A DNA stretch of 64,000 bases from Candidatus Xenobia bacterium (lineage in GTDB: Bacteria; Vulcanimicrobiota; Xenobia; Xenobiales; QWHO01), in the NCBI GenBank assembly GCA_045863235.1, contig BTUM01000016.1, positions 32,001-96,000 on the forward strand, written 5' to 3'. How positions within the stretch are numbered: the stretch's first letter is position 1; each line of letters begins with the position of its first letter. The position numbers were made by a program, and so were the translations under genes. Below, one piece after another: positions 20,126 to 29,479 of this stretch. A model generated the notes under the pieces. The model saw nothing but the letters and a program-made list of their open reading frames with translations. It had not been told where the DNA came from and did not search any database.

Positions 20126-22000
20126 TCAACCGGTCAGCTCGTCCCAGGTCTTTGTGAGCGTCTCGCACTCAGCCGTGAGAGCCTGGTAGTTCTGCTCGAG
20201 CTCTCTGAGTCGAGGGCCGTTCTCGGGCCGGGCCATCTCCTCGGCCAGGCTCGCAATCTGTTCTTCAATGCCGAAAATCTTGGCCTCCAGGGCGGGAAGC
20301 GACCATTGGCGGGGGCTGGCGGGCGCGCGCTTGCCTTTGGGCACCAGGTCGCGCCCTTTCAGGTTCTGCTCGGCCAGCTCGGGAGCGGTCTTGACCGGGG
20401 TCCTGCGACGCCGCTGGAAGTCAGAGTAGTTGCCGGGATGACTGATCGCCTGCCCGTTCTGCAGCTCCACCACCCGGGTAGCCAGCGTGTCCATGAACGT
20501 GCGATCGTGGGAGATCAGCACGATGGTGCCCGGATACTCCTGCAGCGCCTCGGCCAGCGCCTCGCGCGCGGACAGATCGAGATGGTTGGTGGGCTCGTCC
20601 AGGAACAGCAAGTTGGAGGGGCGCACGATGCAGCGCGCCAGCGCCACCCGGCTGCGCTCGCCCCCGCTCAGCACGGACACCTTCTTGTGCACTTCGTCGC
20701 CCACGAACAGCAGGCAGCCGAGCAGCGTGCGCAGGCGGGTTTGATCCGTGTTGGGCGGGGCTACCTCTTCCAGAGCTTCGAGCACGGTCAGCTGACCGTT
20801 GAGCGCCTCGGCCTGGTGCTGGGCAAAGAAGACCGGAGTGAGTCGGTGCCCGTGCTTGATGCTGCCAGCGTCGGGCGGCTCGTGACCGGCCAGGGCCCGC
20901 AGCAGGGTGGACTTGCCCGACCCGTTGGGGCCCACGATGGCCACCCGCTCGCCCCGCTCGATCAACACGCTCAAGCCCTTGAGGACCTGAATGGGCCCAT
21001 AGCTCTTGCTCAGGCCTTTGGCCTGCAGCGCCTCGCGTCCGCTGTCCGGGAAGGGGCGAAAGCTCAGCCGCATGGGGCGGGGCTCGTCCTCGGGCAGCTC
21101 TACCCGCTCGATCTTGTCGAGCATCTTCTCTCGGCTCTTGACCCGGCTGGCCAGGGTGGCCTTGTAGCGGAAGCGTTCGATGAAGCGCTCGTCCTGGGCC
21201 AGCTTTCGTTGCTGGGTGTGGTAGGCGGCCTCCTGCAGCTCTCGGCGGCGCTCCTTTTCCTCGAGATAGAAGCTGTAGTTGCCGGCATACTCCTCGAGCT
21301 CCCCCCCGGAAAGCTCGAGGATCTTGTTGACGGTTCGGTCCAGGAAGGTGCGATCATGGGAAACCAGCAGCACCACCCCGGAGTAACGTGACAGATACTG
21401 CTCCAGCCACTCCACTGCCTCCAGATCGAGGTGGTTGGTGGGCTCGTCCAGCAAGAGCAGGCTGGGAGCCATCAGTAGCAGGCGCGCCAGCGCCCCGCGC
21501 ATCTGCCATCCTCCTGAGAACTCGCGGCAGGGACGGTCGAAGTCGCCCTGGGCAAATCCCATGCCGGCCAGCACGGTGCGGATGCGAGCGTCGATGGTCT
21601 GGGGCTCGGCGTGCTCATACTCGGCCTGGAGGCGGGCGTAGCGATCCATCACCGACTTGAGCTCCGAGCCAGACAGCGTGGCCATCTCGCCCTCCAGAGC
21701 TCGCAACTCGGCCTCCATGGCGCGCACCCGGTCGAAGAGGGCGTTCATCTCCTCGTAGAGGCTCACCTCGGGGCTCAGCTGGCCCTCCTGGCCCAGGTAG
21801 CCCACCTCCACCCCGGGCGTGGACGCAACGTGACCGGAGTCCGGCTCGAGCTGGCCGCTCAATATTTTGAGCAGGGTGGTTTTGCCGGTGCCGTTGCGGC
21901 CGATCAGGCCGAGCCGCTGCCCGGCCACCAGGGCCAGGTTGACCTTGCTCAGCACGGTGTGGCCCCCGTACGACTTGCTCACGTCCACCAGCGAGATCAT
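20126..22000 (-). CDS. ABC-F family ATPase
   Basis: Two NBDs (GRNGTGKT, GPNGSGKS; SGGW and LSGGE; LDEPTNHLD twice), no TM, C-terminal coiled coil. Confidence 0.93.
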   Translation of the reverse strand: MISLVDVSKSYGGHTVLSKVNLALVAGQRLGLIGRNGTGKTTLLKILSGQLEPDSGHVASTPGVEVGYLGQEGQLSPEVSLYEEMNALFDRVRAMEAELRALEGEMATLSGSELKSVMDRYARLQAEYEHAEPQTIDARIRTVLAGMGFAQGDFDRPCREFSGGWQMRGALARLLLMAPSLLLLDEPTNHLDLEAVEWLEQYLSRYSGVVLLVSHDRTFLDRTVNKILELSGGELEEYAGNYSFYLEEKERRRELQEAAYHTQQRKLAQDERFIERFRYKATLASRVKSREKMLDKIERVELPEDEPRPMRLSFRPFPDSGREALQAKGLSKSYGPIQVLKGLSVLIERGERVAIVGPNGSGKSTLLRALAGHEPPDAGSIKHGHRLTPVFFAQHQAEALNGQLTVLEALEEVAPPNTDQTRLRTLLGCLLFVGDEVHKKVSVLSGGERSRVALARCIVRPSNLLFLDEPTNHLDLSAREALAEALQEYPGTIVLISHDRTFMDTLATRVVELQNGQAISHPGNYSDFQRRRRTPVKTAPELAEQNLKGRDLVPKGKRAPASPRQWSLPALEAKIFGIEEQIASLAEEMARPENGPRLRELEQNYQALTAECETLTKTWDELTG

Positions 22001-22755
22001 AGAGCTCCGGCCGCCTTCAAGAGCGAGCGCCCCAGCCGGATGCGAAGCTGAAAGAAGTCCGCCGGCACCGGGTGGGGCTGATCCACCAGCACGGCAAAAT
22101 AGAGCGGGCCCTGCTCGCGCTCCACCCAGCCCACCCACCAGCCATAATCGCGGTCGCGGGTGCGGGCCCAGCCGGTCTTGGCAAAGATCCGATCTTGCTG
22201 GAGGTCCATCAGGGCCACCACCGTGTCCCTCGAGCGCTTCGAGACCGGCAGGCGCCCATCGTGCAGGCGTTCCAGGAACTCAACTTGCTCGCGGGGCGAG
22301 ATGGCCAGGGGCCCGTCCAGCCAGAACCGGTCCACTCGCTTGCCGACCTGAGCGTTGCCGTAGCCAAGCTTCTCGACCCAGCTCCGCATGCGGTCAAGGC
22401 CCACCTGGCGAGCCACCTCCTGGTAGTAGTGCACGGCCGAAACCCGGAATGCGCGGTCGAGGCTCATGTCCTGATTCCAGTTGGCGATCTCGCGCTCGAC
22501 CCCGTCCCATTCGAGGTCCATGGGGAGCACGCCGCACTCGAGACCGATCAGCGAATTGGGGATCTTGAAGGTGGAGGCTGGCACGTAACGACGCTGGCAG
22601 CGATCAGGGTGAAACTCGCGAAACCCGTGCTCGCGATCATAGAGCACGGCCGCGCCGTCCACCTTCTCGGCGGCAAAGCAGGTCGCGAAGTCGATTTCAC
22701 CTGCCACGGCCGGAAGCGCGAGCGTCAGAACGAGGAACCAGAGCCAGCCTTTCAC
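21997..22755 (-). CDS. Class D (OXA-like) beta-lactamase / serine hydrolase
   Basis: PASTFK, SAV, YGN, FWLDGPL.ISP.EQ, KTG; signal peptide. Confidence 0.88.
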   Translation of the reverse strand: MKGWLWFLVLTLALPAVAGEIDFATCFAAEKVDGAAVLYDREHGFREFHPDRCQRRYVPASTFKIPNSLIGLECGVLPMDLEWDGVEREIANWNQDMSLDRAFRVSAVHYYQEVARQVGLDRMRSWVEKLGYGNAQVGKRVDRFWLDGPLAISPREQVEFLERLHDGRLPVSKRSRDTVVALMDLQQDRIFAKTGWARTRDRDYGWWVGWVEREQGPLYFAVLVDQPHPVPADFFQLRIRLGRSLLKAAGAL

Positions 22756-22815
22756 GGCGCTGCCTTTCGTCGCCGGGCACAGGAGGCCTGCGCCCCGGCT
22801 CGAAGCCCTTCCAGT

Positions 22816-23100
22816 ATGAAGAGAATGCTGCTTGCTCTATTGCTGGCGTTGCTGCTCCCCGCTCTGGCAGCGACGTCCGCGGCCACCTTCACCGTCCAGG
22901 GCATGTCCTGAGGGGCCACCTGCGCCAGCCGTGTGCGGGCCATCGTGAGCAAATTGCCCGGAGTGAAGTCGGTGAATGTGAATTTCGGCAAGTCCACTGC
23001 CGAGGTGCGCTTCGATGACGCCATAACCGACCCCCAGAGACTTTCCCAGGGCCTCAAGGACGCCAGCGGAGGTCGCTACTCGATGCAGGTTCGCCCCTGA
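22816..23100 (+). CDS. Secreted heavy-metal-associated (HMA, MerP/CopZ-like) protein with in-frame UGA at codon 32; candidate selenoprotein
   Basis: Readthrough gives signal peptide + FTVQGMS(U)GATCASRVRAIVSKLPGVKSVNVNFGKSTAEVRFDDAITDPQRLSQGLKDASGGRYSMQVRP; TGA at 22909-22911. Confidence 0.75.
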
Positions 23101-23239
23101 CCACCCGCGAAACGCGGTTCAGGGGGTCGACCAGAGCCCGGCCCCACCCTTGGGGGGGAAGGCCGGGGTCCTGGCACAGTATGGTGATCGGCACGTCCTT
23201 TCGGCCGCGCCGCCAGCTCACTAGGAGACCAACCAGCGA

Positions 23240-24118
23240 ATGCCTCCGTTTAGCTCCGGTTTTCAACTGAAGATCATCGAGGGTACGGGCCGCGGACAGG
23301 TGTTCCCGCTCGACACCAAGGAGCTGACCATCGGGCGGGCTGCCAACCCTGGCGAGCGCGCGCCGGGCTACGTGTTCCTCTACGACGATACGGTTTCTCG
23401 CATTCACGCCCAGTTGTTCTGGGATGACGAGCAGAACGGCTACATTCTCCATCACCGATCCCAGACCAATCCAACGATGATCAACGCGGCCCCTGCCGAG
23501 GAGCCACGCCTGCTCGAGCCGGACGACTCCATCACCATCGGCAAGGTGGTCCTGCAAATTCAGCAGATCGAGCGACGCTGGGCCGGTGCTGTGGCACCGA
23601 TGGTGGCTCCGGGTGCCCCCACCCCATCCGCTGAAGCCCCCGCTGGAATCCCGACCCTTCAGAGCAAAAGGCCCCATGTACCCATGCCCACCGAAACCCG
23701 CAAAGTGGCCGTGCGCATCACCATGGGCGGCAACAAAGGGGGCCAGCGCAACGAATTTCGCCTCAAGGTGGTGGAGGGTCCCGATGCCGGGCAGTCCTTC
23801 CCCCTCAAGGGCACCATGGCCCTGGGCCGGGACACGGGGGAAGGGCAGGCCAACGCCGTGTTGCTCCGCGATGAGTTCGTCTGTCCCGACCACGCCGTGC
23901 TGCGCTGGAGCGAGCCGGACGGCAAGTATCAGCTCCTGTCCATCGCAAGTCCCGTGGCCATCCAGCGCACCATGGAAGGGCTGGTCTGGAGCACCGAGGT
24001 GCCCACCGAGGGACGGCTCTTGCTCGAGTCCCAGGACCTTCTCCGACTCGGCAACACGCGCCTGGTGATGGAGATGACGGTGGTCGATGAGGAGGAAGAG
24101 ACCGCCCGGCTCACGTGA
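23240..24118 (+). CDS. Double FHA-domain protein
   Basis: IGR...VSRIHA...TNPT first FHA; LGR...DHA degenerate second FHA. Confidence 0.85.
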   Translation: MPPFSSGFQLKIIEGTGRGQVFPLDTKELTIGRAANPGERAPGYVFLYDDTVSRIHAQLFWDDEQNGYILHHRSQTNPTMINAAPAEEPRLLEPDDSITIGKVVLQIQQIERRWAGAVAPMVAPGAPTPSAEAPAGIPTLQSKRPHVPMPTETRKVAVRITMGGNKGGQRNEFRLKVVEGPDAGQSFPLKGTMALGRDTGEGQANAVLLRDEFVCPDHAVLRWSEPDGKYQLLSIASPVAIQRTMEGLVWSTEVPTEGRLLLESQDLLRLGNTRLVMEMTVVDEEEETARLT

Positions 24119-25293
24119 CCCGCTCGCTGGAATGCTCAGCCACCTGCGCCTTCGGCCTGGAGGGGGTGGTGGCCCGTGAGCTGGAGGGGATCGGGGTCCA
24201 GGGCGTCCGCTCGGACAACGGCAGCGTGTCCTTTCAGGCCAGCCCTGAGGAAGTGTGCCAGACGAACCTGTGGCTGCGCACCGCCGACCGGGTGTGGGTG
24301 GTGGCCGGCCGTTTTCCAGCCCGCAGCTTCGAGGAGCTGTTCAGCGGTGTGCGCGCCCTGCCCTGGCCCGACCTTCTGCCCCGCCAGGCCGCCTTTCCGG
24401 TCGAGGGGATGAGCCACAACTCCCAGCTCTCCAGCGTGCCAGCCTGTCAGGCGGTGGTCAAGAAGGCCATCGTGGAAAGCCTGAAAGCGCGTTACGCCGT
24501 GGAGCGCTTCCCCGAGGACGGCCCTCTTTTCAAGGTCCGGGTGGCGCTGGTGAAGGACCAGGCGACCATCTCCCTGGACTCGAGCGGGCCGGGCCTGCAC
24601 CGCCGGGGCTATCGCAAGCTGACCGCCGAAGCCCCCTTGCGAGAGACGCTGGCCGCCGGATTGGTGCTGCTCAGCTACTACCAGGCCGACCGGGCCCTCT
24701 ACGACCCGTTCTGCGGGTCGGGCACCATCTTGATCGAGGCCGGCTGGATCGCGCTCGACCGGGCTCCCGGGCTGACGCGCAACTTCGCCAGCGAGGGCTG
24801 GCCCTGGATCGGGCGAGCCCGCTGGGAGCGCGCTCGCCGGGAGGCCGAAAGCCGACGCATTCACGGCCGTCGCCTGGCCCTGCTCGGCAGCGACGCCGAC
24901 CCGCGCGTGCTCAGCCTGGCCCGCTACCACGTTCACGCGGCCGGCCTGGGCAAGGTGGGCGTCTCGCTCCTGCGTCGCGAGGTGCGCGACTTTGCGCCCG
25001 AGCAAGAGTATTCCGTGATGATCACAAACCCGCCCTACGGCGAGCGCCAGCAGGACAGACCGGCGGCCCGGGCCCTGGCGGCCGAGCTCGGGCGCGTCAC
25101 CGAGCGTCTGAAGACCTGGTCGTTGTACTGCCTGACCTCCGACAGCGAGTTCGAGCGGGCCTTTGGACGCAAGGCGACGCGCAAGCGCAAGCTCTACAAC
25201 GGCATGCTGCAGTGCACCTACTACCAGTATCCGGGACCGCGTCCGCCGGAGGGGTTCGCGGCGATTCCGAGCGTGCTGCCGGACGAGGTCTGA
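24115..25293 (+). CDS. THUMP-domain RNA m2G methyltransferase (RlmL/YpsC-like)
   Basis: NLWLRTADRV, LHRRGYR, APLRETLAA, DPFCGSGT, NPPYGER, RKLYNG. Confidence 0.9.
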   Translation: MTRSLECSATCAFGLEGVVARELEGIGVQGVRSDNGSVSFQASPEEVCQTNLWLRTADRVWVVAGRFPARSFEELFSGVRALPWPDLLPRQAAFPVEGMSHNSQLSSVPACQAVVKKAIVESLKARYAVERFPEDGPLFKVRVALVKDQATISLDSSGPGLHRRGYRKLTAEAPLRETLAAGLVLLSYYQADRALYDPFCGSGTILIEAGWIALDRAPGLTRNFASEGWPWIGRARWERARREAESRRIHGRRLALLGSDADPRVLSLARYHVHAAGLGKVGVSLLRREVRDFAPEQEYSVMITNPPYGERQQDRPAARALAAELGRVTERLKTWSLYCLTSDSEFERAFGRKATRKRKLYNGMLQCTYYQYPGPRPPEGFAAIPSVLPDEV

Positions 25294-25296
25294 GGC

Positions 25297-25983
25297 TCAC
25301 CTGAAGAGCAGAGAGACCAGTTTGTCCACCATCGGGTCGTCCTCATCCTCGAAAACCAGACCCACGTGGAACTTCCGGTCCTGTGGCCGGCTGCGAATCG
25401 TCAACACCTGGGCTGGAACCGCCAGGGCAGGCAAGACGCCGCTCGCCTCTGTGTTCAGTTTGCATCGGGTACCCAGAGACGCTTCCGAGTCCGTCAAGAG
25501 CATGGCCCCACCCCTGCCGATGTTGAGCAAGGTTCCCTCGGCAATCGTCGTGTCGGAGAGATTGGTCAGATAGGCCCGGTGACCCGACCGGACGCGCACC
25601 TGGGTCCGCCTCTCCTTGACGTTGTCCTGGGAAAAACCCGAGCTGACCAGGGTCTCTTTGAGCCAGGAGAGCGACTTGGCCTCTTCCGTGTCGTCAAAGA
25701 CCAGTCCGGCCCCGAGACGGCTGGCCCAGACCGTTCGGCACCGCACCAGCCCTTTCTTGGAGGCTGGAACGCTCACGGCCACGTTTGACCGATTCGACAG
25801 CCGCTCTACGGGCTCGACACGAATCCCGGCCACGCTGATCTCGGTGATCGTGGCGGCAAACGAGCTCTTCTCGGTGCGCACCTCGGCCTGAATCTTGCAG
25901 GCCAGGCGTCGGACGCGCCTGCGTTCCTTCGCAGGTGCCCGGTGACCCGGTAGAAATGCCTTGATTTGTCTCCACAGGCTCAA
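25297..25983 (-). CDS. Tandem PilZ-domain protein
   Basis: ERRRVRR...EISVAG and ERRTQVR...NIGRGG. Confidence 0.8.
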   Translation of the reverse strand: MSLWRQIKAFLPGHRAPAKERRRVRRLACKIQAEVRTEKSSFAATITEISVAGIRVEPVERLSNRSNVAVSVPASKKGLVRCRTVWASRLGAGLVFDDTEEAKSLSWLKETLVSSGFSQDNVKERRTQVRVRSGHRAYLTNLSDTTIAEGTLLNIGRGGAMLLTDSEASLGTRCKLNTEASGVLPALAVPAQVLTIRSRPQDRKFHVGLVFEDEDDPMVDKLVSLLFR

Positions 25984-26043
25984 GTCTGGTGCTTTCGTTT
26001 TGCCGGAAGAAGCATCCTTTCGTCAGCCGGCTGCCTGGCGAAG

Positions 26044-26544
26044 TTAAGCCTCGCTCTTGGCCCCACTCAGCTTGCTGATGCCCCCCAGCGTGGTGAAGAA
26101 GCCACCAAGTCCCATGGCTACGGCGGTGAGACCGCCGACATGGCCGAAGGCGCCGGCCGCGCTGGCCATGCCGAGCACTCCGCCGGCGCACATCAAAGTG
26201 CCGCGCAAGACCCGGTTGTCATCACCCTGAGCCCACTGGTCGGAAGCACCGCTGAAGGCCAGCAGGCCACAAAAGCGCATGGCGCCGTTGAGCAGCGTGC
26301 CGGTAGGCACGGCGGCGATGGCCGGCAGGCCGAACATGCTGGGGATGCCGATGGAGGCGGCCGCCACCAGGCCGGTGCCGATCACGGCCAGGGCCACGCC
26401 GCTGGCGATGTTGCCCTTGCGGGGGGCCTGATCCTGGCTCAGGGTCACCGTCTCTTGCGGAGACGAAAGGCTGGGGGATGCTTGCTGGGGCGAGGTGGAG
26501 CGAAAGGCGCTGATGGCCGGGGTGGTGGCGGTCTGGATGGTCAC
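26044..26544 (-). CDS. Hypothetical membrane protein, Ser/Pro-rich N-terminus
   Basis: GTG start after AGGAGG; several Gly-rich hydrophobic segments. Confidence 0.65.
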   Translation of the reverse strand: MTIQTATTPAISAFRSTSPQQASPSLSSPQETVTLSQDQAPRKGNIASGVALAVIGTGLVAAASIGIPSMFGLPAIAAVPTGTLLNGAMRFCGLLAFSGASDQWAQGDDNRVLRGTLMCAGGVLGMASAAGAFGHVGGLTAVAMGLGGFFTTLGGISKLSGAKSEA

Positions 26545-26646
26545 GGAATGGGTTCCTCCTGTTGTCTCTCTCTGGGGCCATTCTGGCACAGGTCCGGCCC
26601 GACTCAGGTTAAAGCTCTGTTTCAGCGAGTTACCGGCGTGTTGCTT

Positions 26647-26684
26647 TTCAGCTCCCTTTCAGCCACCCGGACCATCATGCATGC
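26647..26684 (+). promoter_or_regulatory. TTCAG direct-repeat leaderless promoter
   Basis: TTCAG-CTCCCT-TTCAG, 10 nt, CATCAT, 6 nt, ATG. Confidence 0.65.
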
Positions 26685-27950
26685 ATGATCACGTCGGTCT
26701 CGGGCAATGCCACGGCCACCTGGCTCCAGCCCATCCACTGCGCCCAGGTCGAGGGCCAACCCGACCGGTTCGAGCCCAGCGAGCCGGCCCCGCTCAAGAT
26801 CTGGTTGCTGCACGGCAGCTACACCGGCGGTCACGCCTCGGCCGCTCGCTCGGTCAAAGAAGCGCTGCAGGAGCAGTGTCCCGAGGCCCAGGTCGAGATC
26901 ATCAACCACGCCGACCTTTCCAAAAACCCGATGCCGTTCTCCACGGCCGCCGAGAAGGCGCTGGAAGGTGGCGCCATCCGCCAGACGGTGCGCAACTGGG
27001 GGTTCGAGCGCAACTTCGAAGGCGACCCGCTGCAGAAATGGTGCGCCCGCCAGGGCATGAAGGTGGAGGCCTTTCTTACTGACAGCCTGCTCGAGCGCAT
27101 CCAGAACGAGCAGCCGGACGTGCTGGTGGCCACCCAGGCGCCGACCGCCGACATGCTGAGCTACTGGAAAGAGAACCAGGAGTTTGCCGCCCCGCTGCAC
27201 GCTGTTGTAACCGACTTTGGAGCCCACCAGATTTGGAGCCAGGAGGGCGTTTCGCGCTACTATGTGGCCGCCGAGAGCACCCGGGGTGATCTGGAGCGCT
27301 TTGGCGTCGACACCAGCCAGGTATCTGTCACCGGAATCCCCATCCGACCAGCCTTCGCTCGCCCTCCTCAGGACCGGGCTGAGATGAAGAAGAAGCTGGG
27401 CCTGGACCCTGAAAAGCCGTTCGTGCTGGTTCTGGGAGGCGCCCTGGGAGCCGTCAACTTCAACAAGACCGTGGGAGCCCTCGATGATCTCCCCTGCGAC
27501 TTTCAGATCGCGGTGGTGTGTGGCAAGAACGAAGCGGCGCGCAAGGCACTGGAGGCGGATACCTTCAGCCATCCCGTGCAGGCGCTGGGGTTCGTGGACA
27601 ACATGGTGGACTACCTGGACGCCTGCGACCTGATCGTTTCCAAGCCCGGCGGCCTCTCCACCTCGGAGATCCTGGCCCGGGGTCGGGCCATCCTGATCCT
27701 CGACCCCATCCCGGGGCTCGAGACGCAGAACGCCAGGCGCCTCACCCAGGCCGGAGTAGGGCGCTGGGCCAGCGATCTCACGGACATGGGCAAGCACGCC
27801 CTGGAGTTGCTCGGGAGCCCGGACAAGCGGGCCGAGATGGAGAAAGCCGCCCAGGCCATGGGCCGTCCCAACTCGGCCGCCGACGCAGCTTCGCAGATTC
27901 TGGCGGCCGGCTGGGAGCACCGCGAGCGGCTCTCCACCAGCGCCATCTGA
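26685..27950 (+). CDS. GT28 / MGDG-synthase (UgtP-like) glycosyltransferase with N-terminal extension
   Basis: GGHASAA, VVTDF..H..W, TGIPIRP.F, GGALG, VCGKN, SKPGGLSTSE, PIPGLE..NA. Confidence 0.88.
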   Translation: MITSVSGNATATWLQPIHCAQVEGQPDRFEPSEPAPLKIWLLHGSYTGGHASAARSVKEALQEQCPEAQVEIINHADLSKNPMPFSTAAEKALEGGAIRQTVRNWGFERNFEGDPLQKWCARQGMKVEAFLTDSLLERIQNEQPDVLVATQAPTADMLSYWKENQEFAAPLHAVVTDFGAHQIWSQEGVSRYYVAAESTRGDLERFGVDTSQVSVTGIPIRPAFARPPQDRAEMKKKLGLDPEKPFVLVLGGALGAVNFNKTVGALDDLPCDFQIAVVCGKNEAARKALEADTFSHPVQALGFVDNMVDYLDACDLIVSKPGGLSTSEILARGRAILILDPIPGLETQNARRLTQAGVGRWASDLTDMGKHALELLGSPDKRAEMEKAAQAMGRPNSAADAASQILAAGWEHRERLSTSAI

Positions 27951-28331
27951 TCAACCAGCCGCCAACCGATCGAGATAGACGTGCAACTGCCCCATGACCT
28001 CCTGGGCCTGCAAGAAGGTCCGCACGCAGTTCGCCATGGCTTCCTCGGAGGGATTGGCCACGTATTCCCCCAGCGCATCCACCGCGATCTGGGAGATGTC
28101 CAGGGCCGTGCAGGTCATTCTCTGCTGCTCCTCAAGGGCCTCGCGCACCTCCTCGGGACCGGTGATGGAGGTGACCGCTGCGCGGGACTCGCGCAACTCG
28201 GCGGCCAGGGCGTCCTGGTAAGTGACCAGGGCGTCGGCCGGCAGGCGCCCCTCGTGGACCTCCTTGAGGGCCGAGAGCAGCGACGCAAAGCTGGGATGCT
28301 CGAGATCGACCGGAGCGCTCTGGTAGCTCAT
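27951..28331 (-). CDS. Small acidic helical hypothetical protein
   Basis: 126-aa ORF, ATGA overlap with upstream amidase-like gene. Confidence 0.65.
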   Translation of the reverse strand: MSYQSAPVDLEHPSFASLLSALKEVHEGRLPADALVTYQDALAAELRESRAAVTSITGPEEVREALEEQQRMTCTALDISQIAVDALGEYVANPSEEAMANCVRTFLQAQEVMGQLHVYLDRLAAG

Positions 28332-29119
28332 TTCGTGTAGTAGATCCCGCTGTTGGGGTCTTTGTTGCGCTCAGAGATCACCTGGTGGCCGGGCCGATCA
28401 TTGTTGGAGCCGATGGTGCGGGTGCCGCCGGCGGCGGTAACGAGCTCCACGTGCCCGCGCGAGTGATTCATCCAGACGTCGCCCGGCTTGGCCTGGCTGG
28501 CCGGAATCCGGCGCCAGCCCTGCTTGATGAGGGCCTGCTCCATCGACTTGACGTTGACGTGATGGCCCTGCAGCTTGCCGGTGTTCTCCAAGAGCGAGCT
28601 GACAAAGTCGGCGCAATTGTTGGTCTGGCCGCCTGCGGCCGTGAATTTGGGCAGCTTGCCCTTGATGTCGATCGAGTTCTGGCCGATGAACTTTCGGCCC
28701 AGCTCGACCGCGTCGTTGCCGGAGTTGCCGCTAGGGGTCACGCTGCCAGCGCTGCCGGTGCTGCCCGAGCTGCCCACGCCCGAAGGAGAGCTCCCCCCAC
28801 CACCGCCGCCTCCGTTATTGAAGAGGGGCACGCCGGCCAGGCCGCCGGGAGCGATCCCGCTCTCGGAGGTGGCTCCCCCGCTGCCGCAGTTGGCGCAGCC
28901 TCCCCCGCCGCCCATTGCGCCCGACTGGCCGACCATCAGTCCCATCAGCATCCCGATCAGGTACTGCTGCATGTTGTACTGCTGCATCATAGCGCCATCG
29001 AGTCCCATCGGGCCGCCCAGGCGATTGACCGCCGCCCCCAACCCCATGGGCGCGTAACCGCTCATTTGGCTGAGATCTCCGGGGCCGCCCAGGGCCGTCA
29101 GTGCAGTGAGTGGGTCCAT
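28328..29119 (-). CDS. Gly/Met-rich N-terminus plus CHAP/NlpC-P60-like amidase domain
   Basis: NNCADFVS, KPGDV, GHVELV, IGSNN; AAGGAGG RBS. Confidence 0.75.
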   Translation of the reverse strand: MDPLTALTALGGPGDLSQMSGYAPMGLGAAVNRLGGPMGLDGAMMQQYNMQQYLIGMLMGLMVGQSGAMGGGGGCANCGSGGATSESGIAPGGLAGVPLFNNGGGGGGGSSPSGVGSSGSTGSAGSVTPSGNSGNDAVELGRKFIGQNSIDIKGKLPKFTAAGGQTNNCADFVSSLLENTGKLQGHHVNVKSMEQALIKQGWRRIPASQAKPGDVWMNHSRGHVELVTAAGGTRTIGSNNDRPGHQVISERNKDPNSGIYYTK

Positions 29120-29264
29120 CGGTCAACCTCCTTGTCGTGTCTGCATCTTACCACCTCGAGCAGGGCTCCCCCAAGTGGGCAGGTTAAGAAAATGAAACCG
29201 ATGTGAATTGTTTGTATCCGACTTGCGAACAGGGGAGGGCGCCAGTTGGCGAGAAGTGGGCCAT

Positions 29265-29404
29265 GCGTCGGGAGTTCGGGAAGCCGGTGAGAATCCGGCA
29301 CGGTTGCCGCCACTGTAAGCGAGGAGTCCGGAAGCGCCACTCTCCCGAGGGGAAGGCCTTCCAGGAGGGCACGGATCCGCGAAGTCAGGAGACCGGCCCG
29401 GCGC
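29265..29404 (+). ncRNA. Cobalamin riboswitch
   Basis: GGGAAGCCGGTGAGAATCCGGCACGG..GCCGCCACTGT, GCCACT...GGGAAGGC, B12 box AAGTCAGGAGACCGGCC; upstream of btuFCD-like genes. Confidence 0.92.
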
Positions 29405-29479
29405 GCGACCAGCGGCCCCCTCCGGACAAGAGGCGGGCAGGGCGCCGCTGAGCCTGGAAGAGAGGCAGGGCGCCCCGAA

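Noticed and set aside
18041..21391. 1116-aa plus-strand ORF and many similar long overlapping ORFs (e.g. 1025-2215, 6021-7427, 8600-10087, 33570-35174)
   Set aside because: Antisense shadows of well-supported genes in GC-rich DNA; no recognisable motifs
20126..22000. Antibiotic-resistance ABC-F call
   Set aside because: Subfamily cannot be assigned by eye; architecture fits housekeeping ABC-Fs equally well
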